64,000 nucleotides of DNA from an uncultured Armatimonadetes bacterium (GCA_963717145.1 OY970325.1:960001-1024000); one strand, 5' to 3'. Numbered from the stretch's first letter, positions 1-11,341 are shown. Notes: generated by a model not told the origin, from the letters alone. A program made the numbers and translations.

Positions 1-1
1 C

Positions 2-754
2 GATATCGCGGAGCGTAGTTGTCTGCCCGTCTACGAATCGCTGGGAGACGAACTCGAGAGGCTCGGAGTCGAGGACCCCAGAATCACTGAGATCGAGGGA
101 ACCTATTACATCACGTACACCGGGGCCTCGGTGTATCCGTGTTCCGCCGCTCAGCCGGGCATGGCCATCACGTGTATCCCATGGCGATGCCGCGTCGGTC
201 TCCTCTCCACCAAGGATTTCATCAGCTATCGGAAGCACGGCTGCATACTCCCGGACATGGACAACAAGGATGTCGTGCTCTTCCCCGAGAGAATCAACGG
301 CAAGTACGTCATGCTCCACAGGACTTTCCCCGACATCTGGATAGCGTACTCCGACGATTTGGTCCACTGGACGGACCACAAGATCATCATGAGGGTACAA
401 CCGGGCGGCTGGGACTGCAACCGGATCGGGGCTGGCGCGCCACCTATCAGGACCGAGCAGGGATGGCTTAACTTCTACCACGGAGTGGATGATGGCCGCA
501 ACTACAGGCTCGGCGTTCTGATGCTCGACTTGGATGATCCCTCGAAGGTGATCGGCCGCTCTGTGGAACCCATACTGTCACCGGAGAAGAAGTGGGAGCA
601 GGATGGGCTCGTGCCGAATGTTGTCTTCACATGCGGCGCGGTCGAGATGGACGGTCAGTACATCGTCTACTACGGCGGCGCGGACAAGGTGATCGCCGTG
701 GCAACCATGGACACGGACGACCTGAGCAAGATCAAGCTGGAGAGAATTCAGTAA
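2..754 (+). CDS. GH130-family glycoside phosphorylase/hydrolase (5' truncated)
   Basis: Frame open from base 2. GVEDPRITEIEGTYYITYT, NKDVVLFPE, GAGAPPI, PNVVFTCG and YYGGAD motifs. Confidence 0.9.
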   Translation, partial: DIAERSCLPVYESLGDELERLGVEDPRITEIEGTYYITYTGASVYPCSAAQPGMAITCIPWRCRVGLLSTKDFISYRKHGCILPDMDNKDVVLFPERINGKYVMLHRTFPDIWIAYSDDLVHWTDHKIIMRVQPGGWDCNRIGAGAPPIRTEQGWLNFYHGVDDGRNYRLGVLMLDLDDPSKVIGRSVEPILSPEKKWEQDGLVPNVVFTCGAVEMDGQYIVYYGGADKVIAVATMDTDDLSKIKLERIQ

Positions 755-770
755 GCATCCAGGGATTAGA

Positions 771-861
771 GGGGAGGGCGAGGCTCCGTCCGAGCCACAT
801 GTTGGAGTAGGAGTTCCACCACTGCCCCAACATGTGGCTCGGACGGAGCCTCGCCCTCCCC
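771..861. repeat. Perfect palindrome, 35-bp arms, REP-like
   Basis: GGGGAGGGCGAGGCTCCGTCCGAGCCACATGTTGG (771-805) and its exact reverse complement (827-861) between convergent genes. Confidence 0.9.
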
Positions 862-868
862 ATTTCAG

Positions 869-1900
869 CTATTCCCACTCGAAGACTACCTTGCCGGACT
901 CGCCCGAGTCGAACAGGGCAAATGCCTCCTCTGCGTCCTCAATCCTGAACCTGTGAGTGACCATCGGGTCGAAGTGCAGATCGTGTGCGACCATGAACCT
1001 CGCAAGGTCGCCATACATACCCAGAGGCATCACGAACGACCCCGATACGGTCAACTGCTTTCCCACGATCGAACTGAGCGGGAGTTGTCTTTCGACTTCC
1101 GTCTTGATTCCCGCGACCGTGACCGCCCGTCCGCCGCGCCTGAGACCCTGAATCATCCAGGCGAACGCGTTTCCGCTGCCCGATGTCTCGTAAGCCGTAT
1201 CGGCGCCCAGCCCATCGGTCAGCCGCATGATCTCTTTCGCCGGCTCGGCGACCTGGTCGATGTCGATGATCTCGTCAGCGCCGAGGTCCCGGGCGAGTTG
1301 CAGGCGGATCTCACGGCGACCGATCCCTATCACCCGCGCGCCCATCGCCTTGCCGAACATGACGCCCGTGAGTCCCACCGGACCGAGGCCGAAGACCGCG
1401 AGTGTGTCGCGCCCTGACGGTGTGATCTTGGAAAAGGCGGAGAATGTCGTACCCGCGATGCATGCGATCGCGGCGCCGTCGATGACGGTCAGCTCGTCCG
1501 GGAGCTTCAGGGCATTCCGCTCGTCCATGAGCACGAAATCGGCCTGTCCCCCGTGTGCGCCGCCACCGAGGCCACGAGTCTGCGAGCACCACATGATGTT
1601 GCCCGCCGCGCACTGCTGGCACTTACCGCATCCGAGGTAGTGGTAGACCGTAACGCGGTCGCCGGGCGCCACGGTGGTGACACCTTCGCCGATGGACTCC
1701 ACAATCCCTGCCGGCTCGTGCCCCTGGATGACCTCGCCGCGCTTCTCGGCCTTTGCCGCCGGCGCGTGGTACGCCACCAGGTCGCTGCCGCATATCCCGG
1801 CGGCCTTCATGCGGACGACCACCTGCCCCGGACCGGGTGTCGGATCGGGGAACTCCTTGACTAAGACCTTCCGGTCGCCGGCGCAAACTACGCCTCGCAT
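869..1900 (-). CDS. Zinc-binding alcohol/polyol dehydrogenase (MDR)
   Basis: GICGSD, GHE, CGKCQQC...C and GLGPVG motifs. ATG at 1900. Confidence 0.9.
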   Translation of the reverse strand: MRGVVCAGDRKVLVKEFPDPTPGPGQVVVRMKAAGICGSDLVAYHAPAAKAEKRGEVIQGHEPAGIVESIGEGVTTVAPGDRVTVYHYLGCGKCQQCAAGNIMWCSQTRGLGGGAHGGQADFVLMDERNALKLPDELTVIDGAAIACIAGTTFSAFSKITPSGRDTLAVFGLGPVGLTGVMFGKAMGARVIGIGRREIRLQLARDLGADEIIDIDQVAEPAKEIMRLTDGLGADTAYETSGSGNAFAWMIQGLRRGGRAVTVAGIKTEVERQLPLSSIVGKQLTVSGSFVMPLGMYGDLARFMVAHDLHFDPMVTHRFRIEDAEEAFALFDSGESGKVVFEWE

Positions 1901-1901
1901 G

Positions 1902-3077
1902 TTATGCTTCCAATCCTTTCGCGAACTCCTTGCCGAACGCTCGGCATTTCGCCAAGTCATCCTCAGTCGGCACGAAGCAGAACTTGAGGCCGGACTCGAT
2001 GACCTTGAGCCGAAGACTCCTCATGCGTTCCTCGATCATCCCGATCGCCTCGCCGCTCCATCCGAATGAGCCGAACGACGCCCCGATCTTGCCCTTCTTG
2101 TTCACCAGGGCGAACAGGCCGAGCAGCGTCCAGATCGGCGCGAGTGCATCGCCATTGATGGTACACGATCCCGCGATGATGCCCTTGGACGCCTCGATGG
2201 CGTCTCGAACCTCACTCGGATCGGCCGATTCGGCGTCGAACAACGAGACCGACGCATACTCGGAAGCGCCCTGAGCGATCGCCTCGGCCAGTCGACGTGT
2301 ATTCCCGTAAGCGGACGCGTAGAGAACGGTTATCATCTGCCTGGGAGTCCGCTGGGCATCCGACCACTGCTCATATAGGCCGATTACACGCGAGACATCG
2401 CGGCGGATGATCGGTCCGTGGCTCGGGCAGATCATCTCGAGATCGAGCTGACGGACCCTCCGGACGCCCTCGTGGATCTTGTCGGCGAAGGGCCGCATGA
2501 TCGAGTCGTAGTAGTTCTGTCTCTCGCGCTCGTAGATATCGGCATTCACGAGGTCGTCATACATCCGCTCGTCGCAGAAGTGCGCGCCGAAGCCATCGCA
2601 GGTGAAGAGCATCTTCTCCTGCGGAATGTACGTGAACATGGTATCGGGCCAGTGCCAGAACGGCACGGTCATGAACCGCAGGGTGCGCTTCCCGAGGCTG
2701 ATCTCCTCGCCGTCCTCGACCGTGCGCGAGTTGAAGTCGCGGTTGAGCATCTCCCGCAGCCACTTCGCCCCGATCTTCGTGGAAATAGCTTGAGCGTTCG
2801 GGCAGGCATCGAGGAGCGCCCCGATGGCGCCTGTGTGATCCGGCTCGGTGTGATGAACGATGATGTAATCCACCTTCGCTGGGTCAACAGCCGCTTCCAC
2901 CTTGCCCAGGAACAGATCGGTCAGCTTCACGGAAGACGCATCGAGGATGGCGACCTTCTCGTCGCAGATCAGGTAGGCGTTGTAGGTCGTCCCGTAGTCC
3001 GTGTTCATGATCACGTCGAACGTGCGGAGCACGGGATTGAGCGTTCCGATCCAGTAGATGTCGTCTCTAATCTTCAA
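1902..3077 (-). CDS. fprA: Flavodiiron protein (FprA family)
   Basis: [23 protein letters not shown], plus C-terminal flavodoxin domain ([16 protein letters not shown]). Confidence 0.9.
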   Translation of the reverse strand: MKIRDDIYWIGTLNPVLRTFDVIMNTDYGTTYNAYLICDEKVAILDASSVKLTDLFLGKVEAAVDPAKVDYIIVHHTEPDHTGAIGALLDACPNAQAISTKIGAKWLREMLNRDFNSRTVEDGEEISLGKRTLRFMTVPFWHWPDTMFTYIPQEKMLFTCDGFGAHFCDERMYDDLVNADIYERERQNYYDSIMRPFADKIHEGVRRVRQLDLEMICPSHGPIIRRDVSRVIGLYEQWSDAQRTPRQMITVLYASAYGNTRRLAEAIAQGASEYASVSLFDAESADPSEVRDAIEASKGIIAGSCTINGDALAPIWTLLGLFALVNKKGKIGASFGSFGWSGEAIGMIEERMRSLRLKVIESGLKFCFVPTEDDLAKCRAFGKEFAKGLEA

Positions 3078-3231
3078 GTTCCGAGAACATATCCTTCCCT
3101 ACGCCGCATTCCGGGCAGACCCAGTCCTCGGGAACATCCTCCCATGCGGTTCCAGCCGGTACCCCGTTGCCTGGGTCACCGACTTTCGGATCGTAGATCC
3201 ACAGGCAGACGTCACACATGTATCGCTTCAT
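3067..3231 (-). CDS. Rubredoxin
   Basis: [15 protein letters not shown]...[16 protein letters not shown]. Confidence 0.95.
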   Translation of the reverse strand: MKRYMCDVCLWIYDPKVGDPGNGVPAGTAWEDVPEDWVCPECGVGKDMFSELED

Positions 3232-3407
3232 AGTCAACCCTCCCGGCCATGATAATACCCGGATCACGGCCTAATCATTATCTCCGACAGTCCCGAGATC
3301 AGTCTAATCAGCGATGGCGCATCGTGTCAAGTTGTTCTCTGAGGCGCGAATATGCTAGGATTGGGCTGCATACCCGATATGACGGTATTCTGGGGGTAAC
3401 AGGCCAT

Positions 3408-4139
3408 ATGAGCTTGCAGGGAAAAGTCGCTGTTGTCACGGGAGCAGGTAGAGGGATCGGGAGGTCGGTGGCGATACGATTCGCGGAGTCTGGCGCGAAG
3501 GTCGTGTTGGCGGCGAGAAGCGAGGACCAGATCCACGAGGTTGCGAGCGAGATCGAGGGATCGGGGGGAATCGCCGTGGCCATTCCGACCGACGTGGCCT
3601 CCGAGTCCGACGTGCGAAACATGATCGAGGCCGCCGAGTCGGGATTCGGTCCGGTCGACATCCTCGTGAACAACGCCGGTATGATGATTCTGCGCCCACT
3701 CGTCGAGACCTCCGTGGAGGAATGGGACCGAGTGATGAACACCAATCTGCTCGGGACGTTCCTCTGCTCTCGAGCGGTGCTGCGGTCGATGATGCATCGG
3801 AAGACGGGACGGATCATCAACATCGGCTCGATGGCTGGCCGGAGAGGTTATGCCGAACAGGGCGTGTACTGCGCGTCGAAGCACGGGCTCTACGGCCTCA
3901 GCAAGGTGCTCGCGATCGAAGCCCAACCCTACGGCATCCGGGTGAACGTCGTCTCTCCCGGCGGAGCGCACACGGACCTTTCGCGTGACCTGCTCTCAAC
4001 CAGAAGCCCTGCTGAAGCGTCTGAATGGATGACCCCCGAGGAGGTCGCCGATGCGGTGTGCTACATCGCCGGCCAGGACGGTCCGGGGCATACGGACGAC
4101 CTGACCTTGAGGAGATTCGCCAGTGAACCCTGGCGCTGA
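3408..4139 (+). CDS. Short-chain dehydrogenase/reductase
   Basis: TGAGRGIG, NNAG, YCASK. Confidence 0.9.
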   Translation: MSLQGKVAVVTGAGRGIGRSVAIRFAESGAKVVLAARSEDQIHEVASEIEGSGGIAVAIPTDVASESDVRNMIEAAESGFGPVDILVNNAGMMILRPLVETSVEEWDRVMNTNLLGTFLCSRAVLRSMMHRKTGRIINIGSMAGRRGYAEQGVYCASKHGLYGLSKVLAIEAQPYGIRVNVVSPGGAHTDLSRDLLSTRSPAEASEWMTPEEVADAVCYIAGQDGPGHTDDLTLRRFASEPWR

Positions 4140-4217
4140 CCGCTGTGTTTCGATCCCCGCGCTCGCGGGCGATAAACGTAAGGAAGTACCCATATCCCCA
4201 CCTGGGAGGTGCTGAGT

Positions 4218-5366
4218 ATGAGAACCGATTTCCGGTATACCTGTCTCCTGTCCATCGTGCTCCTGCTCGCCATGTCCTGTGCGTCACTGGCGACCGAGTT
4301 CAAGAGCGGCGAGAGCGTGTCCGTCAAGGAGGGCATGAAGATAGATGACGAATTGTATGCGTTCGCCCAGAGCGTCGTCATGAGCGGGATCGTTACCAGC
4401 GATCTGACTGTTGCTGGAAACGACGTCCGTCTCGCCGAGCAGGGGTCGATCGGCGGAAGCGCAAACCTGGCAGGGACGATCGTTAGCGTCGCCGGGAAGA
4501 TCGCAGACAACCTGCGGGCAGCCGGAAGCCAGGTCACCGTATCAGGGCCGGTCGGAGGAAACGCTACGCTCGCCGGTGCGCAGGTCACACTCGCAGGATC
4601 GGGCAAGGTGACCCGCGACCTGTTCATGGCAGGGAGTATGATCGATGTCGAGGGCTCCGTGGGCCGCAATCTGCAAGTATCCGCTGAGCAGGCGACGGTC
4701 AACGCAGTCGTCGGCGGCAATGTGAGCGTTCAGGCCCGGGAGGTAAGCGTCGGGCCTCAGGCTGTCATCAAGGGAAACCTCGTCTACACGAGTCCGACGC
4801 TCGCCAAGATAGACCCCGGCGCGAAGATAACCGGCAAGACGATCTATCACAAGGGAGAAGCGCAGGACAACGGATTCGCCGGCTTGATGTGGGTGTTCCG
4901 GGCGATCGGTTTCGTCGCGCTCTTCCTGGTCGGCCTGGTGCCGCTGACGGCAGTCCCGAAGGCCGTCGTCGATGTATCGCAGACTGTTCTCCGAAGTCCG
5001 TGGATGTCGATGCTGATAGGCTTCATACTGCTGGTGGTCGTGCCGGCCGCGATAGGAATCCTGGTGGTCACGCTCGTGGGGATACCACTCGCCGTCATCC
5101 TGACGGTTTTCTATCTTCTCCTGATGTACATTAGCCGCATACCGGTCGCAGTGGCGATCGGCCGCTGGGTTTTCGCCAAGGGTGGTAAGCCGGAAGTCTC
5201 CAGGTACCTTGCGTTCTTCGTCGGACTGCTGATCCTCTGGATAGTAACTGCGATTCCCTTCATAGGGCCCTTCCTCAGCTTCCTGGCCCTCCTTCTCGGC
5301 ATGGGCGCGCTGATATGGGATCGGTACGGTTTCATTAAGCAGTTGCGCGCGGACGGCAAGGTCTGA
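4218..5366 (+). CDS. Bactofilin-like beta-helix repeat membrane protein
   Basis: Signal peptide, repeated V.G.V.G.L..AG units, C-terminal hydrophobic helices. GGAGG RBS. Confidence 0.7.
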   Translation: MRTDFRYTCLLSIVLLLAMSCASLATEFKSGESVSVKEGMKIDDELYAFAQSVVMSGIVTSDLTVAGNDVRLAEQGSIGGSANLAGTIVSVAGKIADNLRAAGSQVTVSGPVGGNATLAGAQVTLAGSGKVTRDLFMAGSMIDVEGSVGRNLQVSAEQATVNAVVGGNVSVQAREVSVGPQAVIKGNLVYTSPTLAKIDPGAKITGKTIYHKGEAQDNGFAGLMWVFRAIGFVALFLVGLVPLTAVPKAVVDVSQTVLRSPWMSMLIGFILLVVVPAAIGILVVTLVGIPLAVILTVFYLLLMYISRIPVAVAIGRWVFAKGGKPEVSRYLAFFVGLLILWIVTAIPFIGPFLSFLALLLGMGALIWDRYGFIKQLRADGKV

Positions 5367-5403
5367 GGACGGGGAGTTTCACGATTGGTGACAGTGATGC
5401 CGC

Positions 5404-5481
5404 GCGGCTGTCATTCTGAACGAAGTGAAGAATCTGTCTGCGCACGGCCAGATTCTTGACTTCGTTCAGAATGACAGCCGC
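5404..5481. repeat. Palindrome of the GTCATTCTGA...AGAATGAC type
   Basis: 33-bp arms (5404-5436 / 5449-5481), 1 mismatch. Confidence 0.85.
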
Positions 5482-5612
5482 CGGGCTTGATTGCCAAACG
5501 CTCGGCATGGTGGTAGAATAACGACTGCCAAGACAGGCATGGATTGAAGGCTGCGGGCACGGAGCGATCCCCCGCAGCCTCGCGCATAACAGAGTGGGGG
5601 ATTGAGGTAGCG

Positions 5613-6662
5613 ATGGACTTTCACGGAGCATGGACGGCGCTCATAACGCCGATGACATCGGACGCCGGAGTCGATTGGGAGGGCCTGGAGAAGAACCTCC
5701 AGTTCCAAATAGAGCAGGGCATCACCGGACTCGTTCCCACCGGCACGACCGGTGAGTCGCCAACTCTCTCATGGGACGAGCACAACAGCATCATCGAGCG
5801 CACGCTCAGTCACGCCCAGGGGAAGTGCCAGGTGATTGCCGGCACAGGAAGCAACTCGACCCAGGAAGCCGTCGAGAGTACCGAGCATGCGGTCGAGCAT
5901 GGTGCGAAGGCCGCGCTTCTGGTCGATTGTTACTACAACGGGCCATCCTCGCTCGAGCTGCGGACCGAATACTACGGCGTCCTGGCTGAGGTGTTTCCCG
6001 ACGTCTCATTTGTGCCGTATGTCATCCCGGGGCGTTCCGGCACGGAGCTTCTGGTCGAGGACCTCGCGATCCTTGCCGACCAGTTCCCGAATATCCATGC
6101 CGTAAAGGAAGCGACCGGCAACCTCGATCGAATGGCGCGCACTCGTCAACTGCTCGGCCCGGATTTCAACATCATTTCGGGCGACGATGACATCACCTAT
6201 AGCATTATGACGGCCCCTGAGATCATGGCAGCCGGGGTGATCTCCGTGGTATCCAATGTCGCGCCCGCCACGGTCGAGAAGATGTGCAGGAGCATACTCC
6301 ACGGTGACATGGCGGCCGCCCAAGCTGCAAGAGATGCCCTCTCGCCTCTATTCGGCATCGTCACAGTCAAGGCCGCGAATGAGCGCCAGATGCCCGACGG
6401 CTCGAGCGTCCGTGTTCAGGACAGGTTCAGGAATCCCTTGGCGATCAAGGTGCTGATGAGCGCGCTGGATATGCCGTCTGGCCTCGGTCGCCAACCGCTC
6501 GGCAGGATGACGGACGCGGGCGTCAGTATTGTCCGGAAAGCCGCCACCGAGGTGTGGGAGAAGAACCCTGAGGTACTTTCACCGATCGGCGACTTCTATG
6601 GCATCGACGTCGAGGCCCGCATCAAGTCGGACGAGATCTGGGCACGAATCGCCTCCCCGTAG
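5613..6662 (+). CDS. dapA: 4-hydroxy-tetrahydrodipicolinate synthase
   Basis: TALITP, GTTGESPTL, GTGSNST, KEATG, SGDD motifs. Confidence 0.85.
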   Translation: MDFHGAWTALITPMTSDAGVDWEGLEKNLQFQIEQGITGLVPTGTTGESPTLSWDEHNSIIERTLSHAQGKCQVIAGTGSNSTQEAVESTEHAVEHGAKAALLVDCYYNGPSSLELRTEYYGVLAEVFPDVSFVPYVIPGRSGTELLVEDLAILADQFPNIHAVKEATGNLDRMARTRQLLGPDFNIISGDDDITYSIMTAPEIMAAGVISVVSNVAPATVEKMCRSILHGDMAAAQAARDALSPLFGIVTVKAANERQMPDGSSVRVQDRFRNPLAIKVLMSALDMPSGLGRQPLGRMTDAGVSIVRKAATEVWEKNPEVLSPIGDFYGIDVEARIKSDEIWARIASP

Positions 6663-6671
6663 TGTCATTCT

Positions 6672-6752
6672 CAGCGGTTGTAGGGGCGTGCCTTGTGCCG
6701 CCCGCAACCAGGGGCTCGCCAGGCGGCACACGGCACGCGCCTACAGCCGCTG
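6672..6752. repeat. GTAG-type REP-like inverted pair
   Basis: GTAGGGGCGTGCCTTGTGCCGCC ... GGCGGCACACGGCACGCGCCTAC, imperfect. Confidence 0.7.
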
Positions 6753-6769
6753 TCTGGTAGGTTACTCAA

Positions 6770-7847
6770 GTGGAATTCCAATACAAGGAAGACTGGCCTC
6801 AGGCCAGAGAGCGCATAGAGGCGTGGTGGCAGGGCGAGATCATCGACCGTGTCGCCATCCGCGTCACTGCTCCCAAGGGACAGCGCAGACACGTGCAGCC
6901 GCCCTCTGACCCCATGGGGCGGTGGACCGACGTCGACTTCATCGTCGACAACTGGGCCGCGCATTTCGAAGCTACGTACTTCGGTGGCGAGAGCATTCCA
7001 TGCGCCGTCGTCAACCTTGGCCCGTCGGTGATCGGCGCGTATCTGGGCTGCCCGCTCCATCACGACGAGCGCACCGCCTGGCAGGACCGCATCATCGATG
7101 AGCCGTCGGACTGGGCGGATGTCCGCTTCGACCCCGAAAACAAGTGGTGGCGGCTGACGAAGCAGATCACCGAGGCGCTCGTCGAGGCGGGGCAGGGGAA
7201 GTACTTCGTTTCCATCACCGATCTTGGCGACGCGACCGACGTGATGTCGTACATGCGTGACCCCGAGAACGTGTGTATGGACCTCATCGATCTTCCGGAG
7301 ACGATCTATGCTGCCCGCGACCGAATCACTGATCTGTGGTTCGAAGTTTTATGATGAGCTGTACTCGATCGTTCAAACACGCATGACCGGATCGACATCC
7401 TGGCTGCAGATCTGGTCGCCGGCGAAGACCTACACGCTCCAGAGCGACTTCTCCTGCATGATCTCCGCGGCGATGTATAGGGACTACGTGCTCCCCGAGG
7501 TGCAAAGGATGGCGAAGTGGCTCGATCACTCGATGTACCATCTGGACGGCCCGGGCGCGATCCAACACCTCGACATGCTCTTGGATGTTCCCGAGTTGCA
7601 CGGCATCCAGTGGGTGCCCGGCGCGGGCGCGCCGCCCTGCAACGAGTGGCCGGACTTGTTAAGGAAAGTACAGGCTGCCGGCAAACTCCTAAACATAAAT
7701 ATACACCGCAACGACATCGAAGGCCTGCTCGAGACCATCTCCCCCAGGGGCGTGATTATCGACACCGGCTGTTCCTCGCAGGAGGAGGCCGAAGATCTCC
7801 TCAAGAAGGCCGAGACATGGACCGCGCGCGCGATGCGTGGCCGCTAG
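6770..7847 (+). CDS. Uroporphyrinogen decarboxylase/methyltransferase-like TIM-barrel protein, frameshift near 7350
   Basis: Two consecutive frames join into one protein (LQSDFSCMIS, YHLDGPGA, IQWVPGAG). Paralog at 21412. Confidence 0.75.
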
Positions 7848-7933
7848 AAGCCCTGCCCATTGGCAACGGGCGCGCCAAATGTGCTACAGTATCGGGACGC
7901 CCGTAGACGGCATTCATGGGAGGCCCGATTTCG

Positions 7934-8929
7934 ATGCCCGCGAATCTGACCCCGCAGTACAAGGAAGCCGAAGACCGCTACCGTCAGGCCGAGACACCTG
8001 AGGAGAAACTCGCGGCCCTCGACGAGATGATGGCCGTCATCCCAAAGCACAAGGGCACGGAGCACATGCGCGCGGACATCAAGCGTCGCATCTCCAAGCT
8101 CAAGCAGGCCGATGAGAAGAAGACCGGCGGCAGACGGGGGCAGGAACATCAGGTGGAGAAGGAAGGCGGCGGGCAGGTCGCACTGGTCGGCCCTCCGAAC
8201 TCCGGCAAGTCGAAGCTGTTGTCCTGCATCACGAAAGCGCAACCCGAGATCGGCGACTACCCGTTCACCACCCAGAAGCCGCTGCCCGGCATGATGCCGT
8301 ATGAGGACATCAACATCCAGATCGTCGATATGCCGCCCATTACGGAGGAATTCACCGAGCCGTGGATGGCCGCGATCGCTCGCAATGCCGACGCCGCGCT
8401 GCTCATAGTCGATGTGTCCGACAGCGAGGTGCTCGACAAGATCGAGACGACGCTCGGCGTGCTGAAGAAGTACCGAGTCAGGCTCTACGGCCATGACCGT
8501 GCCGCGACCACCGACGAGTTTGGGCTAATCGTATGCAGGAAGATCATTCTGGTCGCAACGAAGGCGGATCGGCCCGACAGCGCCGGGAATCTGGAGGTCG
8601 TTCGTGAGTTCATCGGCGATCGATTCCCGATAGTGGCCGTCTCAGCCGAGTCGGGTGAGGGTCTGGAGCAGCTCAAGCAGGATGTATTCACGATGCTCGA
8701 TGTCGTGCGCTCATACACCAAGATTCCGGGTAAGCCGGCTGACATGGGTGCGCCGTATGTCGTCCCGCGGGGCACGACCGTCATCGAACTGGCAACAATG
8801 GTTCACAAGGATTTCGCAGAGAAGCTCAAATTCGCGCGCATCTGGGGTCACGGCAAGTTCGAGGGCCAGATGGTGAGCCGCGAGCACATCCTCGAAGACA
8901 GGGACATCATAGAGTTCCACGTTCAATAG
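7934..8929 (+). CDS. DRG/OBG-family GTPase with TGS domain
   Basis: MPANLTPQY, PKHKGTE, GPPNSGKS, YPFTT, C-terminal TGS domain. Confidence 0.9.
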   Translation: MPANLTPQYKEAEDRYRQAETPEEKLAALDEMMAVIPKHKGTEHMRADIKRRISKLKQADEKKTGGRRGQEHQVEKEGGGQVALVGPPNSGKSKLLSCITKAQPEIGDYPFTTQKPLPGMMPYEDINIQIVDMPPITEEFTEPWMAAIARNADAALLIVDVSDSEVLDKIETTLGVLKKYRVRLYGHDRAATTDEFGLIVCRKIILVATKADRPDSAGNLEVVREFIGDRFPIVAVSAESGEGLEQLKQDVFTMLDVVRSYTKIPGKPADMGAPYVVPRGTTVIELATMVHKDFAEKLKFARIWGHGKFEGQMVSREHILEDRDIIEFHVQ

Positions 8930-8930
8930 T

Positions 8931-9935
8931 ATGGCCAAGATCACTCCCATAGACTCGGGCGGCATCATGCTCAGCTACAAGTGCAACTGCCGCTGTGCCC
9001 ACTGCCTGTATGCCTGCGGACCGGACTGGCAGGGATCGATGGACGTCGCCGATGCCGCGCGCATCTTCGAGGGTCTGCTAAAGACATCCAAGCACCTGCG
9101 GGGGTTTCACCTCGCGGGCGGTGAGCCGTTTCTCGATTTCGACCGACTGCTGAGAGTCCAGAGGCTTGCGAGCGAGTTCCGCATCCCGATCGAGTACGTC
9201 GAGACGAACGCCGGATGGTGCATCGACGACGCGTGCACACGGGAGAAGCTCGAGCAGTTGAAGGATGCCGGACTGCAGTGCATCCTCGTTTCATGCTCGC
9301 CGTTTCATGCGGAGAAGGTGCCGCTCGAGCGCGTCACGAACGCCATCAAGGTTGGTTACGATGTCTTTGGGCCGAACGGCGTGATCGTATGGGTGCCGGA
9401 GTTCTACCGCGAGCTGTCCCGGATCCGGACCGAGGGCACGATCAGCCTGAGCGAATACGTGGAATCGGTCGGGGAGAGCAGCGCGAAGTACACGATCCGC
9501 TCGGGGTACAGCCTGATCACCGGCGGGCGACTCGGCTATGGGCTTGGGCATCTCTACGAGCGTCGGCCTGCCGAACGATGCCAGGGCGACCACTGCGGCG
9601 CGGAACTACTGGAGTCCGGGCACGCGCATTTCGATCCCTACGGCAACCTGATCCCGGCGTTCTGCTCCGGGATTTCACTCGGCGACTCGCGCGACCTGGC
9701 CGCCTTGTGCGCCGAGTTCGACCTCGAGCGCCTGCCGCTCGTGAAGATACTCGCGGAGGGCGGCCCGTATGCGCTCTATGAGTTTGCCGTCGAGCGATAC
9801 GGATACGCTCCGCTCGATCAGGGCTACGTCGGCAAGTGCCACCTCTGTGTCGACGTCCGCCGCTGGATCAAGAGCCACACCAGCGAGTTCTCCGAACTCA
9901 CCCCGGATGGCTTCTATGACAATCTGACGCAGTGA
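8931..9935 (+). CDS. Radical SAM protein
   Basis: CNCRCAHC motif, GGEPF, ETNA, C-terminal CHLC. Confidence 0.85.
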   Translation: MAKITPIDSGGIMLSYKCNCRCAHCLYACGPDWQGSMDVADAARIFEGLLKTSKHLRGFHLAGGEPFLDFDRLLRVQRLASEFRIPIEYVETNAGWCIDDACTREKLEQLKDAGLQCILVSCSPFHAEKVPLERVTNAIKVGYDVFGPNGVIVWVPEFYRELSRIRTEGTISLSEYVESVGESSAKYTIRSGYSLITGGRLGYGLGHLYERRPAERCQGDHCGAELLESGHAHFDPYGNLIPAFCSGISLGDSRDLAALCAEFDLERLPLVKILAEGGPYALYEFAVERYGYAPLDQGYVGKCHLCVDVRRWIKSHTSEFSELTPDGFYDNLTQ

Positions 9936-9954
9936 TCTCCGAACCACCACATAC

Positions 9955-9990
9955 GACACCGGCGTCCACTTGATAGTGGACGCCGGTGTC
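9955..9990. terminator. Hairpin between convergent genes
   Basis: GACACCGGCGTCCACT-TGAT-AGTGGACGCCGGTGTC. Confidence 0.7.
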
Positions 9991-10015
9991 CGTTTCTATG
10001 CGATTGGCACTGATT

Positions 10016-11341
10016 CTATGCCTTGGCAGCAACGGCCCTGGCGGCGACATCCTTCTCCGGATCCTTGAAGAAGAGCAGGAACGCGATCGCGCAGACCACG
10101 GTCAGCGCGCAGGGAACGAGGAATACCTTCGTCCAGTTCAAGGGATCGATCTTCGGATCGAAAACCTTCATGATGTAGCCGGTGAACTGCGTCCCAAGCC
10201 ACGTGCCGATTCCGAGTGTGGCCAGAGTGAGCAGGCTCTGCGCCGATGCTCGGATGTCCTTCGTAGCCACCATGTCCACGAATATCTGGCTCGCGACGAA
10301 GAAGAATGCGTACCCCAATCCGTGCAACGTCAGGGATGCGATGACCGCCGGGCGCATGATCTCGATCGGTCCGTACGGTGCGGCGGCGAACACAATGTAC
10401 CTCAGCGGCCAGGCGATGACCCCGAGCGCGAGGGTCTTTCGGACGCCCCACTTGCGCAATGCAAGAGGAAGTATCAATGCCATCGCAATGATCTCCGCCA
10501 ACTGCGCAACCGCCATGGTAATGGGCACATTGGCTTTTGAGATCTGCAGGCCATTCTCGAGGAAGGCGGGAGTCGGCAGATAGTAGAATTGCAGCTCTGT
10601 CGTCACTACGAAGGCGATCAGCATGAACACAAGGAAGTTGCTGTTCTTCAGTAGTACGAACGCCTCTCTGAACGCCAGTGGATCGGCCGCCTCGTCCTTT
10701 GCCGGAGGAGTATGCGGCAGGAAGAACGAGAACACGCCCATGATCAAGCCAAATACTCCCGCCAGCATGATGCAGTCTGCGGTATTGGCGGGTATGGGAG
10801 GAATGTTGAGCTTGGATAGATGCACGATCAGGGGCTTGACATAAGGATGGGATGGCAATCCAGGAGTACTGAGAATCCGCCATGTTGTCAGCGACAATCC
10901 TGCGACAATCCAGCCCAGAGTGCCCCAGACGCGAATAGTGCCGAACTCCTTCTCGCTTCTGAGGTGATGGAATGCGAGCGAGTTGGTCAGTGCGAGCGTC
11001 GGCGCAAACACCAGCGAGTAAAGCGCCATGAAGATGAGCATGCTCGTGAAGTCGTGTGCTCTTGAGGCAAAGATCAGGAAGACCCCACCGAGCACGTGTA
11101 CGACGCCCAGGAACCATTGCGTCGGTACCCAACGATCGGCGATCTGGCCGCCGGTGAAGGGCGCAAGAATGCAGGCGAGAGGCAGCAGACCGAACAGGAA
11201 TGCGGCCTGAGGGCTCGAAAGGCCGAGACCCTTCGGCGCAACGTCTGTCAGGTAGGGCCAGAGGACCGGCGCCCATGCCCCCCAGATGGCGTACTGCAGG
11301 AACATCATAGCGCTTAAGCGGAAGCGTAAGCCGAAACCCAT
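10016..11341 (-). CDS. MFS transporter, nucleoside:H+ symporter (NupG-like)
   Basis: RLSAMMFLQYAIWGAW, GQIADR, FGTIRVWGTLGWI. GGAGG before ATG at 11341. Confidence 0.85.
   Translation of the reverse strand: MGFGLRFRLSAMMFLQYAIWGAWAPVLWPYLTDVAPKGLGLSSPQAAFLFGLLPLACILAPFTGGQIADRWVPTQWFLGVVHVLGGVFLIFASRAHDFTSMLIFMALYSLVFAPTLALTNSLAFHHLRSEKEFGTIRVWGTLGWIVAGLSLTTWRILSTPGLPSHPYVKPLIVHLSKLNIPPIPANTADCIMLAGVFGLIMGVFSFFLPHTPPAKDEAADPLAFREAFVLLKNSNFLVFMLIAFVVTTELQFYYLPTPAFLENGLQISKANVPITMAVAQLAEIIAMALILPLALRKWGVRKTLALGVIAWPLRYIVFAAAPYGPIEIMRPAVIASLTLHGLGYAFFFVASQIFVDMVATKDIRASAQSLLTLATLGIGTWLGTQFTGYIMKVFDPKIDPLNWTKVFLVPCALTVVCAIAFLLFFKDPEKDVAARAVAAKA

Noticed and set aside
7340-7356. Programmed frameshift in the URO-D-like gene
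   Set aside because: No canonical slippery heptamer, the paralog breaks at a different site, and indels are scattered across the window.
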